DNA from: the human T2T-CHM13v2.0 reference genome, Homo sapiens
Assembly (NCBI RefSeq): GCF_009914755.1
Contig: NC_060931.1
Strand: one strand, 5' to 3'
Length of the DNA stretch: 64,000 nt
Part shown: positions 1 to 14,470 of the stretch, piece by piece
Layout: every line of letters starts with the position of its first letter
Numbering within the stretch: position 1 is the first letter of the stretch
Made by a program: the position numbers and the translations under genes
The notes under the pieces: generated by a model
Seen by the model: only the letters and a program-made list of their open reading frames with translations
Database searches by the model: none
What the model was told of the DNA's origin: nothing

Positions 1-455
1 CCGTAACACCTGCCACGCTGAACCCAACATATGCCTGCCACGCTGAACCCACCGTAACACCTGCCACGCTGAACCCAACATACGCCTGCCAAGCTGAACC
101 CACCGTAACACCTGCCACGCTGAACCCAACATATGCCTGCCACGCTGAACCCAACCTACGCCTGCCACGCTGAACTGACCATAACACCTGCCACGCTGAA
201 CCCAACATATGCCTGCCACGCTGAACCCAACATACGCCTGCCACGCCGAACCCACCGTAACACCTGCCACGCCGAACCCACCATACGCCTGCCACACTGA
301 ACCCAACATACGCCTGCCATGCTGAACCCAACATACGCCTGCCACGCTGAACCCAACATAACACCTGCCACGCTGAAGCCAACATACACCTGCCACGCTG
401 AACCCAACATAGGCCTGCCACGCTGAACCCAACATACGCCTGCCACTCTGAACTC
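1..455. repeat. Minisatellite with 25/26-bp units (CCTGCCACGCTGAACCCAACATACG / CCTGCCACGCTGAACCCACCGTAACA), about 18 copies, truncated by the window edge
   Basis: tgccac anchors at 11, 36, 62 and onward; 25- and 26-bp variants are interspersed. Confidence 0.95.
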
Positions 456-2580
456 CTGCACCTGTGATGGCGGTGCAGGCTTCCCCGGAGGGCCAGCAGC
501 TCGGAGCCCCAGAGGAGATGTGGAGGGGACATGGAGGGGACAGGGTCTAGGGTCCCCACACTTGGGGGTGGAGGAGATGAGAAGAGAGGGGGCAGAACTA
601 CGGTGGCTCAGAGCCCACAGGACAGAGAAAGCAGAGGGAGGGAGAGACAGGATGAAGACCTCTCATCTCCAGGCTCTGCTGTGTTCCAGCATGACTCCCA
701 GGCGGCAGCTCCTGCTGACAGATACAGGCCCAAACAGCCCAGTCCAGGCCCCAGGCCTTGGGGAGCCTCCTCCACACCCTGCAGGCCATCTGCGCTCCCT
801 CTGTCCCCTGTCCCGCGACAGAGAGGCTGACACCTACCCCGCAGGGCTGCCTGCAGGGTCAGACATGCACACTGTGAGCCCCACGGGGTGCTGCAGGCCT
901 GGGACTCAAACACTCTATAGAGAGGATCGGGGCCACACTGGGGCTGCCGCACCGTTTCCCAGATGACAGGTCATGCCCAGCGGCCTGGCCGATGGCCCTG
1001 AGCCCCAGGAAGTGAGGCCCCTGGTCCAGGTGCACCAGGCCTCCCCACAGCACCTGCTCCTGGGTGAGCCCTCACCCTCTGCGCTGCAGCTTCCCCGTCT
1101 GTCTCTGCTCCCAGGCCCTGAGCCTCAGGGCAGGCAGCTCCTCCTGTTCATGTCTAGCCCATGTCTGGCATCCAACAGTCGCCTGCGACACCGAACTGGG
1201 CTCAGCTGAACGAGAGGCCTTTCTTTCCAGAACAGGATCCAGGCTGAAAATCGCCTCCAGGACGCAGCCCAGGGCAGAGGCCGCTCTCTGCTCCCGCCGG
1301 CTCACACTCACACGGGCAGGTCTCCAGGGCTGTCCTCCTGGCTGCGGACTCCTGGGCACTGGACCGTGCCTCTCTCATCTGCCCCCAGCACAGGGCCAGA
1401 CACGGGTGATATGGAGAAACGCTTGCTGAACGAATAAACACAGGAATGAAAAGCCAGCTCCGAGCCTTCTGTGTGCTGAGATCGAACTCCACAGTGAGGA
1501 TCGTTCTGTTTGGAGAGGACACCGCGATGGACGTCAATAAAACGTCAACGCTTCCAGTCAATTCAAACACCCAGGGTGGGGGGCGCGTCAGAAGGAGAGA
1601 AAGCCGGAAACTGTCACGGAGAGAGAGATGGCCGTGATCTTTAATCCAGAAATCCCACTTTGGGGACTTTATCCCCAGGTGAGAAACGGAGAGAAGAAAG
1701 GGCCCAGCCCAGCAATGACGCAACGAGTCACACAGGGAAGGGCTGCATGCCGAGCCGTGGAGGAGCGGGGAGGAGCCCCCCGTGGGGCTGGTGGGCCCGG
1801 TTCCAATTCTGGTGCAGCCTCTCCTGCCTCAGTGTCCCTTTTCATAAGGGGGGCCTTGACCCCCACCGTAAATGTGTGCAGGGAGCCTGGCTCACAGGCC
1901 CCATCCCCGGCTGGGGAGTCCCCTCTGGACCTCACGGGCTGGGGCGCGAGTCCGGGTCCTGTCCTGGGGCCTCAATGGGCTAGAGAGCGCCAGCCCTAAA
2001 TGGGGTTGTAATTACAGCGAGAGGGTGGGAGCAGGGGCAGGGCTCTGGGAGGAGGTTGGGGAGGCCTCAAGGAAGGTGGCATTTGGGCTGAGTCCTGGAG
2101 GATGCGAGGGGCGGTGGGGAGGGGCAGGTGGGGAGCCCTGGTGGAGAGCTAGTAGGAGCACGGCACGGCCGGGGCTGGACAGTGCTGAGGGGTACGGGCA
2201 AAGCACCTGGGCTCTCTACGGATGGGGGCCAAGGGGCTCTTCTGGGGCTGGGCAGGGGGCTCTGCGGTGGATGGAGGGGTAGTGGGAGATCCTGGCAGGG
2301 GACACACCAGCTGCCCACTGCTGCCTCCCTCACTGTAACCCCCGACCACCATGGGGGAGTGGGCACCCCGGGTGCAGGATGTGCCCTGACAAGGGCCGCA
2401 GCTCACCCCTGATGGACACCCCCACCGAAGCCCAAGCTGGCCCTGAAGCCCAGTGGGGAGACGTGTGTTTGGGGAGCAGGCAGGGCTTATCCTGCCTCCA
2501 GATGCTGAGGGACTCCTGGCCCTGAAACTGCTCCCCGTGGCTGAACGAGAATGGATGCTGAGCCCATCAAGTCGGCACCA

Positions 2581-2740
2581 GGGAGGAAGCGTGGAGCACA
2601 CAGGCCCAGGCTGAGGCCAGAGGGCCTCTTGGAGCACCCCACGCCAGGGTCAGTTCCGGTGGGGAGGCGTGGAACACACACAGGCCCAGGCTGAGGACAG
2701 GCGGGCCTCTCTGAGCACCCCATGCTAGGGTCGGTGCTTC
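2581..2740. repeat. Diverged tandem duplication, about 80 bp x2
   Basis: gcgtgga(g/a)cacacaggcccaggctgagg..agggcctct..gagcacccca(c/t)gc(c/t)agggtc occurs twice in tandem. Confidence 0.8.
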
Positions 2741-4435
2741 TGCCTGGCCACCGGGGATCCCGGGACGGTGTTCCAGGCTCTCCATCTGCACCGGAGTGGG
2801 GATGGAAAACGAAGGTCAGGCTGCCCAGCAGACAGTGGCTGGCGCCAGAGGTCAGTGCAGCGAGGCCGTCTCGGTGCACGGCTGGTGAGACCCGGGGTCC
2901 CCCACCAGCGCATCAGCTTTGGGGAGGTGACACACACTGGCAGACAACCGTGTCATCGCACGGCCAGGCTGGGCCACAGTGCAGAGGACAGAGGGGGTGA
3001 CCGTGGCTTGGGATGGTCAGGGAAGCGTCTCAGGAGGAGACGTTGCAGCAGCACCGGGACGGGGGTAAGACGGTGGCCAGGCCGTGACATCGAGGGTAGC
3101 ACCCGCCGTGGCCAGGGTGAGGCTCTGGTGGAGGAGAGGAGGCGGAGGGCTGACCTTTTGATCTTGATAATCCTATAGCTTTCCGCACAGCTTGTGGCTG
3201 AGTGCGGCTTCCTTAAAAAAAAAAATAAAAGCGCTGTTGAGTGGCTCTCACCTATCAGCATTACCCAGAGGCAGGTGGCTCTTCATCGATCGCCTGGTGG
3301 GCTTAGGAATTGACCCAGGAGGGAAAAGCAGCTCGCAGCACACCACCTGCTACCTGCTCGATTGGGGCCTTGTGTGGCTCAGCAGGACCCACAGGCCCTC
3401 CCGCCTGGGCACTTAGTGTACACGGGGAGGGGTGGGGCTGGAGGGCTCCAGGAGAGAGAGGTTGGGTAGGATGGTAGAGAGGAGGGGCAGGTATAGGGAG
3501 GAGGGGAGGGCAGGGAGAGAACACAGAGGCCTCCGGCTCTGCAGCATGGAGACCGGCCACACCCCAGGCCTGGCCATAGGCACCCTGCACCTGTGCCCAG
3601 TGAGTGGCCCCCACCCCGGGCCCCGGCTGGGCCTGGGAGCTCCGGGGCAGGCATACTCCGAGCCAAGGGCCTCCTTCCCCTCTGCAGGGCAGGCTGGGCA
3701 GGTACAATCAGGACAAGCTCCCTGTGAGACTGGGGACCCAGGCCCAGTCCCAATCCAGGTGAAGGTCCCTTCCTTCTGCCCCAGAGATGACTAACGAGCA
3801 GCTCCCCTGGCTGCCCCAGAGCCCCCCACAGGGGCCATGGCTTCTGACCCTTCAGACTCAGCTGTTCCCAGGGGCCCTGCTGCTGCCCTGCCCGCCCCCA
3901 CGGCTGCACTCAAGCCTGCGCTGTGCACACCGAGGCCAGCTGAGTACCGGATAGGACCTGGGCTGAGGCTGCCCAGCTCACAGGGAAGCAGAAGCCGAGA
4001 GACCAAGAAGAAAACATCCCCCAACTGGCTGACAGTCGCCCTCCTCGACCCCAGATGCCACTAAGAACAACGCGAAGTTCTGGCACGCAGGGAGGGAAGT
4101 CCGTGTTGACTTGGGGGCGGGTCTGCAGCAGGAAGGCTGGGCACACCCTCCACTGGCTGCTCACTAACTCCCCTGCTGGCAGAACCTTCCGCTGCACAAG
4201 CAGAGGAGAAAGGAAGGCGTGGAACACAGCAGGTGGCCCACACGGGCTGGGAGGGGCAGGGAGAGGAAAGGCGGCAAGGTTCCCAGCAAAAGAGAAGACG
4301 CCACTCCAGGAACCCCGGGAGGTATAAGGGAACCCTGTTTAGTAACGCTGCATGTGCAACAGATAACAGGTAGTTCACGTGCACAGACGTGTGCGAACAT
4401 CTATGATGTAACCGAGCGGGGCTGTGCAGAGCAAC

Positions 4436-4780
4436 TGTTACAGGCTGAACTGTGTCCCCCAAATTTAGATACTAACCTAATCCCCATGTGACTGTATTTG
4501 GAAATAGGACCTTTAAGGAGGGAAGTTAAGTCTGATGAAGGTCATAAGGGTGGGTCCTGATCCAGCAGGGGCACCAGAGCTCTCCAAGTGCACAGTGGAA
4601 AGGTCACACAGGAATACAAGGGGCGGCCGTCCACAAGCCGGGAGGAGAGTCCTCCCCAGGGGCCAACTCCGGTGCCCTTTGATCTCAGATTTCAGCCTCC
4701 AGAATTGTGTGAGACACACGTTTGCGGTCTCAGCCCCCCGCCGTGGGGCTCTGTGACGGCAGCCCCAGCCAGACCAGCAG
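4436..4780 (+). mobile_element. ERVL-MaLR solo LTR, MLT1 family
   Basis: tgttacaggctgaactgtgtccccc...atgtgactgtatttggaaataggaccttt...cagcctccagaattgtgaga...ggcagcccc, typical MLT1 blocks. Confidence 0.85.
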
Positions 4781-5194
4781 AGTGGTGGACACGGCCAGGT
4801 CTTATTTTGGTGAACTAGCCCCTTGGCTCCATAGATCTCTGTAACGTACTTATGCGGGAGGATGGTAGCGGCATGGCAGCCCCACCTAGGAAGCAAGGTC
4901 TCCACAACCATTGGTCATGTTAAACCAGCTCCTTCTCTGGAGGCTAAGGGCCTCACGTGGTCAACTGCAGCCCAAGGTCCCGAGCCCCCCGTCTGGTCCA
5001 ACACCAGGTGCTTTGTCTCTCTTCTCCTTCGCACAGGTGGTCACCCTGCCGGACGCTGCCCCTTTCCCCACCGTCCTCACCCACCGAGACCAGGTCCTAC
5101 CACAATAAAAGGACTCTGGTTAGGGCTTTATGGAGTCACCAGCCCTTCAGAGACACATGCTACAATACTTGAATGATTGCAGCTAAATTAATTA

Positions 5195-5325
5195 CGATAC
5201 CTTGGATTTGCTTCAGAATAATCCAGGAAGGGGGAAGAGGGTGGGATGGGCTCACAGGGACTTCTCGATGCTGTTTTCCATATTTTTATATATATGCTTA
5301 AAACTTTCCATGGCAAAAAGTGAAA
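5195..5325 (+). mobile_element. Old L1M 3' UTR fragment
   Basis: ggatttgcttcagaataatcca and ...tttttatatatgcttaaactttccat..aaaaag resemble L1MC/MD/ME 3' ends. Confidence 0.55.
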
Positions 5326-6669
5326 ATAAACACAAACAGAAACCAAACCAAAAGCTAAAAGATGACAACTCATCCTAACCAGGCCAGGGTGACCTCCTCT
5401 CAAAACCTAGGCTCTGGAAGGACATCTCGCTCCTACCCCCAGAAGGTGATGTCCTTGGCCCCAGAGCCCCTGCCAGGGCTGCCCGGTCTTTACCCCTCTG
5501 CTCAAGGCCACACGCACAGGATGTCAACAGTATTTGTAGAATTAGCGAGGCAGCATGGGAAGGTGCGGTTCCATCTCCAGGCCCCCCGCCCTGGTCCTCC
5601 TCCCACTGGGTCTTAACTCCCCGAGGGGCCACAACGCTTCAATGCGTGAGGTGCCGTGTGCCTCTCCACCCAGGAAAGTGTGCACAAGCACACTCCGTGC
5701 TGCCTGTATAATTCTGGGAATGACAGGGGTCTATGAAGCCCACCCAAGTTCCTGGCATACAGACCCCTGCCCTGAGCTCGCAGTGGAACCCCCGTGCTGC
5801 TGCTCCTCCTCACATGTGGATCTGGGACGTCATGCTGGGCAACTGAGACCAGCATGTTGTAAACAACTAGAAAAATGAACAAAATACACACAGTAACTGT
5901 TCACAGACACTGGGCTGCGATCTCTGAAGACAGAGAAACAAATGAAGTGAACCTCTGAACACCCCTTGCTCTGCCCAATGGTCTCTTCCAGGCTTGGCGC
6001 TGTGGGGTACAGCTCAAGCTCAGCATGATGGTCCTGCTGAGAGGAAGGGAGGATCTGTGGAGGGCGGAGCTGTGCACAGAAGGCTTCTGGCAACCTGGAG
6101 AAAGGTCTCGCTGAGTTGCTGAGTAATACACTCTACGCACACAGCATGCAACTCCACAAGGCTGAACCAAGCACATCGGGGAGCTGCCAGGGAACAACTC
6201 CAGAGGTCACGCAGGACCGGGGACAGGCACGTGCCGACCAGCCAGAGCAGGTGTTCTTGCTGAGCACCCAGGGCAACTGCTAGGAACCTCAGAAGGGTCA
6301 TGTCTTAGTAGCAGAGTTAAACTAGCCCTGGAATAAAAGCAAATCCATACAAGCCCCAACAGAGTGTGAAAACAGTTCTTGAAAGGATCAAGCTGACCCC
6401 AAAATAACTTAACTGCTTGCCAGAAAAAGCCCAATACTCTCAAAGAAAGAACAAGGAAATTTGCACACTTTCATACACTTAACATAAAATTAACAATTAC
6501 CATCATACAATCAAAAATTACTAAGCATGCAAAAAAAGGAAAATGTGGTCTATAGCTAGGAGAAAACTCAGCCAATAGAAGTAAGTCCAGAAATGATGAA
6601 ATCAGCAGACAAGGACTTTAAAACAGCAATTATAAATATGCTGCAGAATTTACAGGAAAACCTGAACAC

Positions 6670-7390
6670 AGTGAAGGGGATGGCTGCTAGCCCCCAGGAT
6701 GGCCCTGAGCGACCCTGCTTCCTGGCAGTCACACCCTGGTGCTGTCTCCTCCCACATCATACCAAGGTTGGCCTACATGATCAATTGAAAATGGCGGAGC
6801 CAGGCATGGTGGTGTGCACCGGTAGTCCCAGCTACTCAGGAGGCTGAGACGGGAGGATCACTTGAGCCCAGGAGTTCAAGGTTGCAGTGAGCTATAACAG
6901 TGCTGCTGCACTCCAGCCTGGGTGACAGAGCAAGACTCTGTCTCAAAAAAAAAAAAAAAAAAAAAAAGGGCAGCTGTGATAGTACATCAACTCCAAGATT
7001 ATGTTATAAAATACACTGTAGCTTCCATCTTGGGCTGGCTCTGTCTGTCTCTTTCTAACTCATTCAACACTCACTCTGCGTTGAATGCTGCCATGTTGTG
7101 AGGACACTCAAGCAGACCTATGGAGAGGTCCATACGGAGAGGAAGTGAAGTCTCCTGCCATGGGCCACCTAAATGAATTTGGGCAGATCATCTGGCCCCT
7201 GTCAAGCCTTCAGCTTTGCAACCCAGGACAAAAGCCCCTAACTGCACCCTCTGACGAGAATCTGGGCCAAAACCATCCAGCTAAACTGCTCTGGGTTCCT
7301 GAATTTCAAAAACTTCACGAGACAACAAATGCCTGCTGTTTTAGGTGCTAACTTATGGAGAAAGTTGTTACGTAGCAACAGACTACTAAA
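6670..7390 (+). mobile_element. MaLR LTR (MLT1E/F-like) inserted in the L1 and split by an Alu monomer
   Basis: gatggccctgagcgaccctgcttcctggcagtcacaccc...; gctgccatgttgtgaggacactcaagcagacctatggagagg; ...tgttacgtagcaacagactactaa. Confidence 0.8.
6798..6967 (+). mobile_element. Alu right monomer (FRAM or 5'-truncated AluJ) with poly(A)
   Basis: gccaggcatggtggtg...ggaggatcacttgagcccaggagttcaaggttgcagtgagctat...ctctgtctc followed by more than 20 A. Confidence 0.9.
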
Positions 7391-8342
7391 ATGAAGGAGA
7401 AAACAAAGATATGAAAACAATAACCAAATAGACCTTTTAGACATGAAAAACAAATGAAATTTTAAAACTCCACTGCATGAAATCAAGGGCAGGTAGGATA
7501 CTCCAGGATAAAAGGTCAGTGAACTTAAAGACAGGAACAGAAACTATCCAAATTAAAGCACAGAAAAAACATTGAGAACCAAAAAACAAAAAGTTCAAAG
7601 CTTCAGTAATTAGGATAATATTAGTGACTTAAAATATGTAAAACTGGAGTACTGGAAAAAGGGGAGGGGGACAGAAAAAATACTTCAAGAAATAATGGCC
7701 AAAATTTCCCAAATCTGACTAACTATAAATCCATAAATCCGAGGAGCTCAATGAACCATAAGCAGGATAAATAAAAAGAAAATCAGCTGGGGGTGGGGTG
7801 TATATTATATACAAAGTACAAAGATAAGACTACTAGCAGACTTCTTGTCAGAACCCATGCAAGCCAGAAAACAACAAAACAAACATTCTTAAGATGCCTA
7901 AAAAAAATGACTGTCAACACAGAATTCTATATCCAGCGAAAATATCCTTTAAAGATGAAGACGAAATAAAGACATTTTGGGACAAAGAAAAGCCGAGAAA
8001 ATTTGTTAGTGGCAGGACAGCAATATAAGAAATGTTAAGGAAGTGCTTCCTGCAAAAGAAAAAGAAAAGCCAGATGGAAATCTGGATCAACACAAAGGAA
8101 GGAACACTACTGCCAGAAGCAGTAAATATGTGAATACAGTTCACGTATTTAAATAGGTGAATACACTTCAACAAGCATTTTTGAATCATTTTAATTTAGA
8201 AGATAATGTACTCTCTAAAGTGAAAAAATAATTTCACAAAAAAATTTTGTGTAAAAATTACATAAAAAGAAAAAATGGAAAAATACTTTTAAAATGCTCT
8301 ATGTTAACTAGTAAGATTATTTGAAAACAGACTGACATAGAG

Positions 8343-8546
8343 CTGGGGTCATCAAACTCCAACCCATGGGCCAATTCTGGCCCACCGCCCGCTTTTGTAA
8401 TAAAGTTTTACTGGCACACATTTGAGCTCATTATGTAACAGTTCCTTCTGTGCTACAACAGCAGAGGTGTGACACAGACAGTATGGCTCCCAAAGCCTAA
8501 AATATTTGATACCTGTTTCTTTACAGGAAAGGTTTACTGACCCTTG
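8343..8546 (+). mobile_element. MER58A-like hAT-Charlie MITE
   Basis: TIRs ctggggtcatcaaac / gtttactgacccttg; internal ttttgtaataaagttttactgg and aaagcctaaaatattt; flanking 8-mers acatagag / ccctagag. Confidence 0.88.
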
Positions 8547-10358
8547 CCCTAGAGCAATAACTAAACGAAAACAGAAGAAAACCAAAGAGGTATAATTAAT
8601 AAGCCAATGTTGGAGAAAACATGGAATACCAAAAAACAGCCCAAAAGAGGCAAGAAAAATGAAAAAAAGAATATACGAGACAAAAAGAAAACAAATGACA
8701 AGATGGCAGATTTAAACTCAATGTCATAAAAATTATATTAAATATAAATGGCATAGATTATCAGTCTGAATAAAAAAAGCAAGATTCAATTAGATGTTAT
8801 CTTCAAAAAATCCATTAAAAATATACAGACACAGGTAGATTAAAAGATTAGAAATATAGATAGGTATACATAAATATTAAAATTGTAAGAAAGCAGGAGT
8901 GGCTATATTAATATTACTCAAGTCAGACTTCAGAACAAGAATATTTAAGAGATGAAGACAGACATTGCATAATTATAATTACAATTGCAAGTGATCAAGA
9001 AGATATAACAATCTTAACTGCGTATGTACCCCAAAATAGGGATTAAAAATATAGGAAGCAAAACCTGACAGATCTGAAAGGAGAGAGATAAAAAAATCGA
9101 TAAAACTTAGAGTGATGACGAAAAAAGAGATGATATGTATTGCCAAAATCAGAAATGGAAGAAGGGATGGCACTACAGATGCTATGGGTAATACAAGGAT
9201 AATAATGAATTATTATGAATGATTTTATGCCAATAAATTTGACAGTATACACAAAATAAGCAAAAACTCAAGAAGATACAAATGACCAAAACTGACTCAA
9301 AAAACATCTGAGTAGTTCTATATCTATTAAATTAAATTCATAATTTAAAAAGCTTCCCACAGAGAAAATGCCAAGCCCAGATGACCTCACTAGTGAATTC
9401 TATCAGATATTTAGGGAAGAAATATCTCACACAAATTCTTCCAGAAAAAAGAGGAGGAGGGAACCCTTCCCAATTCATTTTTGAGGCTAGCATCATCCTG
9501 ATACCAAGGCAAACAAACACATTACAAGAAAAACTAAACCACAGATGAATATTGCACAAGATCATAGATGCAAAAATTCTCACTAAAAATTAGGAAATTG
9601 AATCTATCAATTGTATAAAAAGGGACCCAGTGCGGTTTATCCTAGGAATGCAAGTTAGGTTTAACATTAAAAAAAATCAACCAGTATTACTTACAATATC
9701 AACAGAATAAGTAAGTTCATATGAACATCTCAATAGATGTAAAAAAAAAAAAACTGACAAAATTCGACTCTTAGCAAGTAGAACAGAAGGGAACTTTCTC
9801 AGCCTGATAAATGGTATCTATGAAAAACTCATATTTAACAGCATACTAATGTCAAAATACTGGATGCTTTTTCGCTAGCATCAGAAACAAGGTAAAAATG
9901 TCCCCCCCCCATTCTTATTCAGCACTGTACTGAAATTCCTAGCCAGTACTGAAGGGCAAGATAAGGAAATATAAGGCATAAAAGTTGAAAAGGAAGACAT
10001 AAAACTCTAACTTTATGCACACGATACAATTGTCTATGTTGAAAATCCTGAAGAAACTACAAAAACTTTCTAGAACTAATAAGTAAATTCAGCAAGGTTA
10101 CAGAATACGAGACCAATATATAAAAGTCAATTATTTCTATATATTAGGAATGAAACATTGGAAAATAAAAATTTTAAAGCACATTTACAAAAGCATGAAA
10201 ACATGAACTAGTTAAAGCTAAGTATTTTAAAAATACACATAACCTGCATGTTGGAAAATAAAAAACATTGCTGGGAGAAGGTAAAGACCTATATAAATAC
10301 AGAAATATACCATTTTCATGGATTGGAACACAATATTGTTAGAATGTCAGTTCTTCCC

Positions 10359-10644
<286 letters not shown>

Positions 10645-10714
10645 TCAGTTCTTCCCAAATTGATCTACAGATTGAATGTAATCCAAATCAAAGTCCCAGC
10701 AGGCTTTTTTCTAG

Positions 10715-11195
<481 letters not shown>

Positions 11196-12418
11196 GGCAA
11201 ACTGATTTTCAACAAAAGTACCAAGGTAATTCAATCAGGAAAGGATATTCCTTTAAACAAGAGTTGCTGGAATAGGCCAACTAGGACTCGCCACAACTCC
11301 TACAGGAGTGACAGGTGAGAACCGGACACACCTTCCGTATCCTCACAGTGTTCCTAATCAGCACCCCTCAAACCTGGGCTGATGACATCCATGTTTCCTG
11401 GGAGCCTGCCAACACCCGGGTTCCTGGATCCTACCTGTGGTGACCCAGGCTGGGCAGATGGGGCCACAGACAGCTTTGGGAAGCCCTGCACCAGGTCATG
11501 ATGTCTCTGCAGGGCCCCCAGAAACTGAGGCTGTCCTGGTTAGAGGAGCTGGGGAGCTGCTAGGACCTCCCTGCAGAGCCCAAACTTGAGGAAAGCTGGA
11601 GCCTCAGAAGGAAGGGAGGCCACTCGACACAGTGATGACAAAGGGCCATGGCCAGGCTGCCCCAAAGTCCTCCCCTCCTTGAGCCTCCTGGCCTTTCCCC
11701 ACTCACTACAAACTGACTTCCTGCAGTCACAGTGGGCCCTCAATTTGGCAAACAGTGTAGTTCTTGAACCTGCGTGCGTCCCATCTCAGGGGCCCCACAC
11801 CAAACCCCAGAAGGATGCTCACATACAATCTTCACTGCCATTTCCAAAGCAAGAGGAAGTACGGTGTGGTCAGCAGAAAGCACCCGGCCCCTGAGGGCAG
11901 GCAAGCTGTAGGGCGTCCCAGTCACTCACAGGACCCTGTGGAGGCAGGGATCTCACTGCTGATGGGGAGCCTGGGATCCAGAAAAGAGATGGAACTGAGA
12001 GACGGTGAGCTGGGAACAGCCCCATCTTCCCCGCTGCTCCCTGCCCAGGCCACTGCAGCCCCATGGTTCAGCTTAGGAGTGGAGCCTGGAGCCTGGAGGG
12101 GAAGTCTGGGCTGCAGAGCTGAGCTGACAGAGGGCTCTCTAGGCAGGATGCCTGGTTCTTTGCTCAGACCCTGTCCATCTGCAGAACCTTAGGTGAACCA
12201 GGGCCCCGGTGTGCTGATCTTCATAAGATGGAGACAGGAACTGCTCCATTACATACCTGGGGTTTCATTAAGATTATGAGCCATGACAAAGTCCTCCCAG
12301 CTCTGCAGTCTCAGAATTACACGAGATGAGCCAAGTCTCATTCCCGGAAGTCTTATATGGCTGAAATAGATGCAAAACAACTCAAATATGGGTTTAAATG
12401 GTCACGCATTTGAATTAA

Positions 12419-12546
12419 CCCATTTATGCCTAGTGTTCCATTATTGGAACACTAAGCTTGTGGGAGTTATTTATATCCTGGTGTTCAAGGTCATCGCCAA
12501 GGTCTGATTTTTCACAAAAAAATTTGCAACCTCCAGCATAAATGGG
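12419..12546. mobile_element. MER85 (piggyBac/PGBD3-derived MITE), full length
   Basis: TTAA on both sides (12415-12418, 12547-12550); TIRs CCCATTTATGC / GCATAAATGGG; internal palindrome GTTCCATTATTGGAAC; tcaaggtcatcgccaaggtctgatt core. Confidence 0.95.
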
Positions 12547-12599
12547 TTAATAATTTATCCAATTAATTAATTTTATCCAAACTAATAATCAATCTACAA

Positions 12600-12880
12600 G
12601 GACCCTAATCTAAAGAAGTAGCCAGAGAAAGATCTGTGTGGACAGATGATTGCTGAGATGCTTTGTTACACAGCGAAAGATAAATCAACAGGTGAGTAAA
12701 TAAAAAGAGGAGCTGGCTAAATGTCCTACAACAAGGAAATATTTTAAGTAAATTATGGCACAACTGCGAAATAGCACATTATGCAACCATTAAACACCAT
12801 CATCGAGGAAATATTTAATTGAGCGTAAAATGCTCACGATATAGTGTCGAAGGGACAGAGCAGGAAACAAAACGATCTGT
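12600..12880 (+). mobile_element. Old L1ME-like 3' UTR fragment
   Basis: ctaaatgtcctacaacaagga...taaattatggcac...ttatgcaaccattaaa pattern. Confidence 0.6.
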
Positions 12881-14060
12881 CACAGACCCGACTTCACCAG
12901 GAAACAGACATGAAGATGTGGGGAGGCAGAGGTGGTGGGAAGGCAGCAGACACGACCCCAGGCCCATGGTGCCCCCTCACTCCAGGTGACGGGTGATGAG
13001 CCACTGGCATCTTCTCCTACATACTTCATTAAGCCATGAGGAATTCTCTATGCGGATATGAGGAACGCTGTGATTTTGGTCAGCAGTCCTGTGTGGCTGG
13101 TGCCACGGTAGAAGGGTGATCTGAGCCACAGGCTTGCCCGTGTCCTTGGGCCCCACAGCTGGCGACCTCCCCCACACCCTCTCTAAGGGACCGAGAATCA
13201 CTCTGAGCCTCCGCCTGCTTGAACCTGGCGGTGGGCAGACACCGTTCACCATGCACATCCACCAGGAAGGTCTGTGGCTGGGGCCAGGGCACGAGATGAG
13301 GAGGGGCAGCCTTGGGAGGGCAAAGCTCACCTTACTGCAAGTACCCCACCCTGGGCTGGATGCCCACACCCCGGGGTGCCTCGGGAGGCGAGTGTGCCGG
13401 GCAGAGGGCACCTGGGAGATGTTAGCACACGCGAACATAGTGCTTGGACATCCTGAACCACAGCTGAAGCAACAAGATGGGACGTGAAGTCAGCATGCGT
13501 TGAAAGCAACTCCACTCTCAATTCAGGGGACCCAGAGAGGCAAATTCAAATTAAGCTGTCTGTGTAGACCTCATTGCTCCAGCGGGAGATGGGAAGGCTT
13601 CAGAAGAGACTGTGAATGGCCTTGCCTGCCTGTCAGGGAGGGAGGGAAGGGGTGAGGGGCGCGCGGGCCGTGTTTGACGTTGCTCTGGCTGGAGTCTCCC
13701 AGGGACTGCTGGGGTGGCCTTGTCAGTTAACTACTTCCTATCAGCAACACCCGTGGCCACAGGGTCCTGCTCACCTCCTTTCCTCAGCCAGGCCTGGAGC
13801 GTGAGCACCTCTGAGGATGCCACACACCTGCACAGGGAGCAAGAAGGCTGCTGGGTGGGCATGACATGGGCTCCAGCCACTGCCCTGCCACAGGCCCGCT
13901 GCATGGCCCCTCGCCCCCCTTCCCACCGCTGGGGTCCACACCCAGGCCTGCCCTCCATCACCAGGGCGGCCGTGACTCTGATCCTGGGTCGGTGCTGAGG
14001 TGAGAAGGCACTGGCAGTTTTGCTCCTTTAGAAATGTAGAGAACTGAAGTCTTGAGAAAC

Positions 14061-14470
14061 ACCAAACCCTGCACCACAAACGGCCCCAGGAACCAGCTCT
14101 TTAACACCAAACCTGGTGTCACAAACGACTCCAGGAACCAGCTCCTTATTACCAAACCTCGTGCCACAAATGGCCCCAGGAACCAGCTCTTTAACAGCAA
14201 ACCTGGTGTCACAAACAATTCCAGGAACCAGCTCCTTATCACCAAACCTCGTGTCACAAACGACTCCAGGAACCAGTTCCTTAACAACAAACCTTGTGCC
14301 ACAAACGGCCCCAGGAACCCAAACTACCAAACTGTGAATCACAAATGTCCACCCCTTCCCCCACCATGAGCTCCTTAACACCCGAATCCTAATTCACAAA
14401 TGACCCCTGGTATGTAGGAGCTCCTTAACACCAAACTGTGACTCACAAACGGCCCCGGGGATGAGCTCCC
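14061..14470. repeat. 45-bp minisatellite (ACCAAACCTGGTGTCACAAACGACTCCAGGAACCAGCTCCTTAAC), about 6 good copies to 14320 plus degenerate copies
   Basis: 45-bp periodicity, visible as the 15-aa repeat TKPxxTNxxRNQLxx in ORF 14052..14369. Confidence 0.93.
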
